Positions 58,103 to 64,000 of a DNA stretch of 64,000 nt are shown in pieces. The stretch lies in contig JANOFO010000009.1 of NCBI GenBank assembly GCA_031413715.1, forward strand, positions 94,866 to 158,865, written 5' to 3'. The notes beneath the pieces are model-generated. The model did no database searches and was not told the DNA's origin. It was given only the letters and a program-made list of their open reading frames with translations. Made by a program: the position numbers and the translations under genes. Numbering within the stretch: the first letter of the stretch is position 1; each line of letters starts with the position of its first letter. This DNA comes from Minisyncoccota bacterium (lineage in GTDB: Bacteria; Patescibacteriota; Minisyncoccia; Phycocordibacterales; UBA9973).

Positions 58103-58168
58103 GTGGGGAAGGGTGTTTGTGTTGTGGGATAAAGTGGTTTATAATTAACTGAAGTGGGATGAAGTGGG
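58103..58168 (+). promoter_or_regulatory. MraZ operator-like array of GTGGG direct repeats at 10-bp periodicity, upstream of mraZ. A TATAAT-like hexamer is embedded.
   Basis: GTGGG begins at 58103, 58124, 58134 (GTGG), 58154 and 58164, each with a 5-nt spacer. This matches the described MraZ binding-site architecture (TGGGN repeats). Confidence 0.6.
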
Positions 58169-58272
58169 TGGCATATTTTTAAGGAGAAAACGACTATAAA
58201 AATAGCCAGGCAGATGTATTCATCTGCAGCCAAGAAGATATTAATTTCTCTCACTAAAATAAGAAATAATTT

Positions 58273-58707
58273 ATGTTGATCGGAGAATATACACATACAC
58301 TCGACGACAAGAATCGCATGTCACTGCCAGTAAAATTCCGAAAAGAAATGGGGAAGAGTGTTGTTGTTGCTCCGGGGTTGGATAAGTGTCTTTCTATATT
58401 CACCGTAAAAGAATGGGAGAAGATATCAAGCAAGCTTTCTGACTCATCCATGATCGCAAGTGACAACAGAAGTTTCTCGAGATTTATATTTGGTCAGGCT
58501 GTCGCACTCGATGTGGACACCCAAGGCCGAATACTGATCCCGGAGAATTTGAAAAATCGTTCAGGATTATCTACAAAAGTGATAGTCATCGGAGTGCAGA
58601 ACAGAGCAGAAATCTGGAACGAGAAAACATGGAATGACTACAAGAAGATGGTAGACACACAGGCAGACGCCCTCGCAGATAAATTGGGGCAGATAGGAGT
58701 TCTTTAA
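58273..58707 (+). CDS. mraZ: Transcriptional regulator MraZ.
   Basis: The N-terminus is MLIGEYTHTLDDKNRMSLPVKFR. A second DxxxR module is present. Confidence 0.9.
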   Translation: MLIGEYTHTLDDKNRMSLPVKFRKEMGKSVVVAPGLDKCLSIFTVKEWEKISSKLSDSSMIASDNRSFSRFIFGQAVALDVDTQGRILIPENLKNRSGLSTKVIVIGVQNRAEIWNEKTWNDYKKMVDTQADALADKLGQIGVL

Positions 58708-58715
58708 TAAATAAT

Positions 58716-59606
58716 ATGCATATTTCTGTATTACGCGATGAATCAATAGACGGACTTATGATCCGATCAGGCGATATCATCGTCGACGGTACGCTCGGTG
58801 GCGGAGGTCACACATTTGAGATATTGAGACGTTTTGGTTCGGGCGTGAAGCTCATCTGTCTTGATCTTGATAAAGATGCTATTGATCGCGCAAAAGTTTT
58901 GATTGGGGAACTTCCTCATGATGCAAGCTTTCACACGATCGGCTTCCAAGATTTAGACAAAGTCTTGGCCGAGCTCAATATTCCTCATGTTGATCGGATA
59001 CTGCTTGATCTTGGAATAAGTTCATTCCAACTTGAAGAAGCAGGTAGAGGATTCTCATTCTTAAAAGATGAACCGCTTCTGATGACGATGAAAAAGAACC
59101 CGAGTGCAAGCGATCTGACAGCAGTCGACATTGTGAATACTTGGGATGAGAAGACACTCGCCGATATAATCTACGGTTTTGGTGAAGAGAAATACTCTCG
59201 CAAGATCGCCAAAGCAATCATCTTGGCACGAAAAGAAAAAAAGATAGAGACTACATTCGACTTGGTGAGCATTATCGATAACGCAGTAGGGAAGTCTTAC
59301 CGAGGAATGAAAATTCACCCCAGCACTCGCACCTTCCAAGCTCTTCGTATAGCGACTAACAGTGAACTTACTAATCTAGAGGCTGTTATAGAAAAGGGTT
59401 TTAGTAAACTTTCAATAAACGGCAGGATGGCCATCATCACATTCCATAGTCTAGAAGACCGGATAGTCAAAAGAGCCTTTGTTGCTCTTAAACAAAAAGG
59501 ATATGCAAAAATTATTACCAAAAAACCAATAATACCCGCGAGTGACGAAATCCGATCCAATCCACGAGCTCGCTCAAGCAAATTGAGAATAATAGAAAAA
59601 ATATAA
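58716..59606 (+). CDS. rsmH: 16S rRNA (cytosine1402-N4)-methyltransferase RsmH.
   Basis: The SAM-binding motif is IVDGTLGGGGHT. The protein is 296 aa. Confidence 0.9.
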   Translation: MHISVLRDESIDGLMIRSGDIIVDGTLGGGGHTFEILRRFGSGVKLICLDLDKDAIDRAKVLIGELPHDASFHTIGFQDLDKVLAELNIPHVDRILLDLGISSFQLEEAGRGFSFLKDEPLLMTMKKNPSASDLTAVDIVNTWDEKTLADIIYGFGEEKYSRKIAKAIILARKEKKIETTFDLVSIIDNAVGKSYRGMKIHPSTRTFQALRIATNSELTNLEAVIEKGFSKLSINGRMAIITFHSLEDRIVKRAFVALKQKGYAKIITKKPIIPASDEIRSNPRARSSKLRIIEKI

Positions 59607-59608
59607 AT

Positions 59609-59935
59609 ATGACCAAAGCAAAAGCAATAACCAAAGATATAGTAGAAAACCAAAATACCCAGCGTATTATATTTCGAGTGCTTATCGGCTCGCTTATTAT
59701 GCTCTCTGTGGCGTATGTATATTTAATAGGCTCTATTACATTTAATGTGCTTGCTCGCAAATCCCTAGAAACAAATGCTCGTGAGCTTGGCAGCCGCATC
59801 GGTACCCTCGAGCTTACCTATCTTGCTCGAGCTAACCAAATTGATAAAAACCACGCTACTTTCCTCGGATTTGTCGAGATACATAATAATATCTTTGCTA
59901 CACGAGGTGATTCTACTCGTGTCGCTATCAGATAA
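59609..59935 (+). CDS. ftsL: FtsL-like small bitopic membrane protein (cell division).
   Basis: It is 108 aa with a single TM helix plus a coiled coil, positioned between rsmH and ftsI. Confidence 0.5.
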   Translation: MTKAKAITKDIVENQNTQRIIFRVLIGSLIMLSVAYVYLIGSITFNVLARKSLETNARELGSRIGTLELTYLARANQIDKNHATFLGFVEIHNNIFATRGDSTRVAIR

Positions 59936-61647
59936 TGAAGTCCGGAGCGTTTACATCACGCATTCGAGTCGTCTACACCCTCGTCTCATTTCTTGCCCTC
60001 ATTCTTATCGCGAAGCTTTTTTACGTCCAGGTCTTACATAAAAATCTCTATCTAGAAAGAGCAGACAAGCAGTATGCCACACCCGCTGGTGATATTTTTA
60101 AGCGTGGCTCTATTTTCTTTACAAAGAAAGATGGCTCTTTAGTCGCAGCCGGTACTGTCTCAACAGGATTTAAAGTTGCCCTTAATACTAAAAATATTAC
60201 CGATGCTGAAGCTACGTATCTAGCTCTCAAGCCGTATATCAGTATGGATCACGATACATTCATAACTCATGCTTCTAAGAAAAATGACCCGTACGAAGAA
60301 ATACAACTCCATCTTTCCAAACAACAAGCGGATAAAATCAATACTCTCGATATTGCAGGAGTTGCTATATACAAAGACAATTGGCGTTTCTATCCTGGAG
60401 GTTCACTTGCATCGCAAACACTCGGGTTCCTAGCTTACAAGAACAACGATAGAGTGGGTCAATATGGACTTGAGCGTTTTTATAACGCAACACTTTCTAA
60501 ATCGAAAGATGAAGCCTATGTTAATTTCTTTGCCGAAGTTTTTTCTAATATTCGCGATTCGGTTTCTGGAGCAGGCAGCCAAGGAGATATTGTCACGACG
60601 ATAGAGCCTTCAACTCAACATACACTCGAAGGGGAGCTGTCCTCCGCCTTCACCACTTGGCATGCTGATCAGGCTGGCGGTCTAATCATCAATCCACAGA
60701 CTGGCGAGATATATGCCATCGCAGGATTTCCAAATTTTGATGTGAATGATTTTGGCAGTGTGTCCAATATCGATGTATACCGGAATCCAATCGTAGAGAA
60801 TGTATTTGAATTCGGGTCTGTTATCAAGCCGCTCGTTATGGCCGCAGCGCTTGACATAGGAGCGGTGACTCCTGAGACGACATACGTTGACCATGGATCG
60901 ATAACAGTAAACAAGCACGATATTTACAACTTTGATAAAAAAGCCCGAGGACTTTCTACGATGCAGACAGTTCTCGACCAGTCGCTTAACACAGGTATGG
61001 TCTTCGTCGAAAATAAAATGGGACATGACAATATGCGATCATACATGAAAGCTTACGGCATCGGCGAGAAGACCGGCATAGATCTGCCAAATGAAACTTC
61101 TGGCCTCATAAAGAACCTAGAGAGTCCGCGCGATATAGAATACGCCAACGCTGCTTTCGGACAAGGTATAGCGATGACACCGATCGAAGCAGCGCGCGCA
61201 TTTTCAGCTATTGCAAACGGTGGCAAGCTCATCACCCCGTACTTGGTCAAGCAGATCAGATATGATGATGGACTTTCGAAGGTGGTTAAAGAACCGGTGA
61301 TAACTCGAGAAGACATTATAAAGCCAGAGACATCTAACACAATTTCTCGCATGCTCGTGCATGTATTTGAGGCATATGATAATGGAAAGCATAAATTTGA
61401 GCATTATAGCGTAGCTTCAAAAACGGGAACGGCACAGGTGGCAATGGATAATGGAAAAGGGTATTATGAAGATCGGCACATGCATTCATTCTTTGGATAC
61501 TTCCCGGCATATGATCCAAAGTTTTTGGTTTTCCTTTTTATTAAAAACCCAAAAGGAGCTCAGTATGCTTCTCAAACTTTGATACCTCCGTTTATGAATA
61601 TAACGAAGTTTCTTATGAATTATTATGATGTTCCACCTGATCGCTAG
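59935..61647 (+). CDS. ftsI: Peptidoglycan D,D-transpeptidase FtsI (PBP3-like).
   Basis: The SxxK motif is GSVIKP, the SxN motif is SLNTG and the KTG motif is KTGTAQ. It sits in the dcw position. Confidence 0.85.
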   Translation: MKSGAFTSRIRVVYTLVSFLALILIAKLFYVQVLHKNLYLERADKQYATPAGDIFKRGSIFFTKKDGSLVAAGTVSTGFKVALNTKNITDAEATYLALKPYISMDHDTFITHASKKNDPYEEIQLHLSKQQADKINTLDIAGVAIYKDNWRFYPGGSLASQTLGFLAYKNNDRVGQYGLERFYNATLSKSKDEAYVNFFAEVFSNIRDSVSGAGSQGDIVTTIEPSTQHTLEGELSSAFTTWHADQAGGLIINPQTGEIYAIAGFPNFDVNDFGSVSNIDVYRNPIVENVFEFGSVIKPLVMAAALDIGAVTPETTYVDHGSITVNKHDIYNFDKKARGLSTMQTVLDQSLNTGMVFVENKMGHDNMRSYMKAYGIGEKTGIDLPNETSGLIKNLESPRDIEYANAAFGQGIAMTPIEAARAFSAIANGGKLITPYLVKQIRYDDGLSKVVKEPVITREDIIKPETSNTISRMLVHVFEAYDNGKHKFEHYSVASKTGTAQVAMDNGKGYYEDRHMHSFFGYFPAYDPKFLVFLFIKNPKGAQYASQTLIPPFMNITKFLMNYYDVPPDR

Positions 61648-61650
61648 TCT

Positions 61651-62952
61651 ATGAATAGAAAAAAAATAATTAAAAAAATAATCTACAGCATTCTCATATG
61701 GGAATCAAGGATGGTTCTCTTGCGTCATAAACCAAAGATCATAGCTATTACTGGGTCGGTCGGGAAAACATCTACCAAGGATGCTATCTTTACTGTCCTT
61801 TCTAAATTTAAAAAAGTTCGTAAAAGCGACAAGAGCTATAACAGCATACCTGGTATTCCACTTACCATCCTAGGCATTCCAAATGCTTGGAGTAACAATT
61901 GGCTCTGGATTGAAAATATTATACGCGGATTTATTCTTATGTTTTGGGCAAAAGAATATCCAGAATGGCTTATACTTGAAGTAGGAGCGGGTAAACCAAA
62001 CGACATCAAGGGTATAACTTCGTGGCTATCTCCAGATATTGTCGTTATAACTCGTTTTCCAGACAAGCCAGTACATATCGAATTCTTTGATAATGTGGAT
62101 AGTATTATAGAAGAGAAAAGCGCTCTTGCGCTTGCACTCAAAGCAAACGGTGTCCTTATTCTAAACCACGACGATGAGAAAGTTTATGCTCTACATGGTA
62201 AAGCCAATAGACGCACTGTGTCATATGGCTTCCATGAAAATTCTACATATCACGCTACATACCCATCATATTTGTATGAGAGTAGTCATGACAGCGTGCC
62301 AGTAGGAATCAGTTTTAAGCTTGAACATAGTGGAAACACTTTCCCAGTCATGCTTTCTAATGTTATCGGCATGCATTATGTCGGTTCTTCTCTAGCAGCT
62401 CTTGCAGTTGCTCACGAAGTTGGCTGTGATTTACTTCAATCCATAAATGCAATTGCAGAGTATACGACACCGCCCGGCAGGCTCTCATTGATCGAAGGCA
62501 TCAATAGCTCAATTCTTATAGATGATACTTACAATGCCTCACCAGTAGCAATGGAAGCTGCAATAGTAGTACTCTCTGAAATAAAAGCAAAGCGTAAGAT
62601 TGCAGTTCTTGGCGATATGCTAGAGCTTGGTAGAATGACAGAGGAAACCCATCGTGAAATAGGTGAGAAAGTAACTACGGTTACTGATATTCTTGTGACT
62701 GTGGGGCCTCGCGCGAAATTCATTGCAGATGGGGCCATAGATCAAGGATTCTCCAAAAGTAAAATTCAAATGTTTGACACTGCAGTTCAAGCGTCAGAAT
62801 ATTTGAAGGGAATAGTAAAGAAAGGGGATCTGGTGCTACTTAAAGGTTCTCAAGGTATAAGGCTAGAGCGTGCTGTAGAAGCGATAATGGCGCACCCTGA
62901 GCTCCGCACTAAGATCCTCGCCCGTCAGGAAAAAGAGTGGAAAAATAGGTAG
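61651..62952 (+). CDS. murF: UDP-N-acetylmuramoyl-tripeptide--D-alanyl-D-alanine ligase MurF.
   Basis: The P-loop is IIAITGSVGKTSTK. The DDTYNASP motif is present. Confidence 0.85.
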   Translation: MNRKKIIKKIIYSILIWESRMVLLRHKPKIIAITGSVGKTSTKDAIFTVLSKFKKVRKSDKSYNSIPGIPLTILGIPNAWSNNWLWIENIIRGFILMFWAKEYPEWLILEVGAGKPNDIKGITSWLSPDIVVITRFPDKPVHIEFFDNVDSIIEEKSALALALKANGVLILNHDDEKVYALHGKANRRTVSYGFHENSTYHATYPSYLYESSHDSVPVGISFKLEHSGNTFPVMLSNVIGMHYVGSSLAALAVAHEVGCDLLQSINAIAEYTTPPGRLSLIEGINSSILIDDTYNASPVAMEAAIVVLSEIKAKRKIAVLGDMLELGRMTEETHREIGEKVTTVTDILVTVGPRAKFIADGAIDQGFSKSKIQMFDTAVQASEYLKGIVKKGDLVLLKGSQGIRLERAVEAIMAHPELRTKILARQEKEWKNR

Positions 62953-62963
62953 GAATTGATTGA

Positions 62964-62991
62964 TTGACATATTCTACTGATTCTATATAAT
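62964..62991 (+). promoter_or_regulatory. Sigma-70-like promoter (TTGACA, 16-nt spacer, TATAAT) upstream of a small ORF.
   Basis: The sequence is TTGACATATTCTACTGATTCTATATAAT, with consensus hexamers. Confidence 0.5.
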
Positions 62992-63045
62992 ATCAAAATA
63001 TTTGACCTTTTTATTTCATTCATCTTTTAATTAAAAGCAACAATT

Positions 63046-63225
63046 ATGAGAAGTGATCCCACACAAACAGGTACAAGGAAACTAAATCCTAAAACCGTGC
63101 TCAAAATTTTAAAAGGTAAGAATTTTGATGAGCAATCCGATCTCCTTTATGAAAATGGAGCTCATCTTAATCCTTACCAATTAGAAAAAGCACAAGCAAT
63201 GCTTTCGAAAAAGAATCGAACCTAA
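63046..63225 (+). CDS. Hypothetical small protein (59 aa).
   Basis: It has a consensus promoter upstream and a hairpin terminator (GGCGCC...GGCGC) downstream. Confidence 0.35.
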   Translation: MRSDPTQTGTRKLNPKTVLKILKGKNFDEQSDLLYENGAHLNPYQLEKAQAMLSKKNRT

Positions 63226-63320
63226 AACCCAAAAAAAGATTACAGGCGCCCTACAAGGCGCTTTCGTTTTTGATTTTTTACCCAAAAATGCTATATTTCC
63301 ATTGTTAATTTAATAAACTT

Positions 63321-63421
63321 GGCCCCATCGTCCCCGCCTGCTCCCGACCTTGCCAGCTAACTCAGAATGAGGGCAGGCTGGGTACGCGAGGGCGGGCAGG
63401 TAACGGTTAGGACATCGCCTT
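63321..63421 (+). pseudogene. Disrupted duplicate of the tRNA-Glu 5' portion, with a 68-nt GC-rich hairpin element inserted in the D-arm.
   Basis: 63321..63332 equals tRNA-Glu nt 1-12 and 63401..63421 equals tRNA-Glu nt 13-33. The sequence then diverges, and no T-arm or acceptor 3' strand follows. The insert at 63333..63400 has the same termini (CCCCGCCTG...GGCGGGCAGG) as the element at 95..137. Confidence 0.6.
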
Positions 63422-63521
63422 TGAGAGGTTGAAATTTGGGAAGGTGAAGTTGGGGAGGGTCCCAACTGCAAGGCCGGAGTGCGACGGCACGAATCGAACT
63501 TTTAAATTTAATAGGCAACTT

Positions 63522-63593
63522 GGCCCCATCGTCTAACGGTTAGGACATCGCCTTCTCAAGGCGGTAATCAGAGTTCGATTCTCTGTGGGGTCA
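63522..63593 (+). tRNA. tRNA-Glu (anticodon CTC).
   Basis: The sequence is GGCCCCATCGTCTAACGGTTAGGACATCGCCTTCTCAAGGCGGTAATCAGAGTTCGATTCTCTGTGGGGTCA. Confidence 0.85.
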
Positions 63594-63642
63594 CACATAC
63601 TTAAAAAGACTAGACTGCTCTAGTCTTTTTAAGTATGTGTGA
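63591..63642. repeat. 24-bp perfect inverted repeat with a 4-nt loop, overlapping the last 3 nt of tRNA-Glu.
   Basis: The sequence is TCACACATACTTAAAAAGACTAGA CTGC TCTAGTCTTTTTAAGTATGTGTGA. Confidence 0.7.
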
Positions 63643-64000
63643 AAGCGCAGGTATAGTGCAAAGCACTACCGAGCTGGGGTCGCGAGTACTTATGTAGAAT
63701 TTGAGCGTAGCGATAAATTATACTTAGTAACTTGTGATCACTTAAAATTAGAATGCGAAGCATACAACAATTAGTTTATCAAATCCATGCTATCTATTTG
63801 CATCTTATGGATTAATTCTTCTTATAGGGCAAGTTATTTCTTAGTATCAAAAAAATTAATTTATACATCAGTATAGCGATGGACTTATAGACAGGCTTAT
63901 CGCAAACTTTAAAAAAGAGCATGACCTAGATATATCTAGGGAGACTGCGAATGAATATTTAGATTCCTTTGCAGGACTCTTCTTAGCTTTTGCAACGAAC

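Noticed and set aside
63318-63520. tmRNA or an intron-containing functional tRNA upstream of tRNA-Glu.
   Set aside because: There is no T-arm and no acceptor 3' strand downstream on the plus strand. The GAATCGAAC at about 63491 is not flanked by pairing stems on the minus strand. A 68-nt D-arm insert is incompatible with known bacterial tRNA introns, which are group I and sit in the anticodon loop. The best explanation is a disrupted duplicate.
1-64000. CRISPR arrays, rRNA genes, and transposase or integrase genes.
   Set aside because: I looked for regularly spaced direct repeats, rRNA-like conserved segments and DDE/tyrosine recombinase motifs and found none in this window.

Overview
This is a low-GC bacterial chromosomal segment with many hallmarks of a Candidate Phyla Radiation / Patescibacteria (Parcubacteria-like) genome. 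Genes are compact and often overlapping, there is a secreted lamin-tail/PKD surface protein, a soluble VirD4/TraD-like ATPase, and many hypothetical proteins. I found no rRNA and no CRISPR array. The core genes I can support are: eukaryote-type glutamine synthetase II, UDG family 4, murA (with an N-terminal HTH) divergent from murB, alr, rpmG, miaA, a YggU/DUF167 protein, ychF, pterin-4a-carbinolamine dehydratase, tsaC, leuS (1095 aa, with two inserted domains), an O-antigen-ligase/TPR membrane protein, murJ, an ABC exporter, lepA, an FtsB-like protein, glutaredoxin, an EamA transporter, Hsp20, a PrsW-like protease, valS, tsaD, an adk-like kinase, murE-murD-(hydrolase)-murC, PBP2, greA, lysS, and the dcw cluster start mraZ-rsmH-ftsL-ftsI-murF. 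Six tRNAs are present: Leu-CAA, Trp-CCA, Gly-CCC, Arg-CCT, Phe-GAA and Glu-CTC, plus a disrupted duplicate of the tRNA-Glu 5' half. The items most worth a second look are listed below. (1) A PARP-like (H-Y-E) ADP-ribosyltransferase domain protein sits beside tRNA-Leu and a LAGLIDADG homing endonuclease. (2) A 1003-aa DExH helicase carries three C-terminal dsRBD-like modules and is convergent with a 496-aa unknown protein. (3) LeuS carries an in-frame DUF559 (Vsr-like endonuclease) insertion flanked by palindromic near-repeats, plus an in-frame NUDIX insertion. (4) Tandem 565/575-aa cysteine-rich paralogs share a distinctive zinc-ribbon module with the C-terminus of the T4CP-like ATPase. (5) An XRE-HTH::MurA fusion has a 20-bp perfect palindrome in the murA/murB divergent promoter. 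(6) Two families of short hairpin repeat elements occur, one of which has disrupted a tRNA gene copy.
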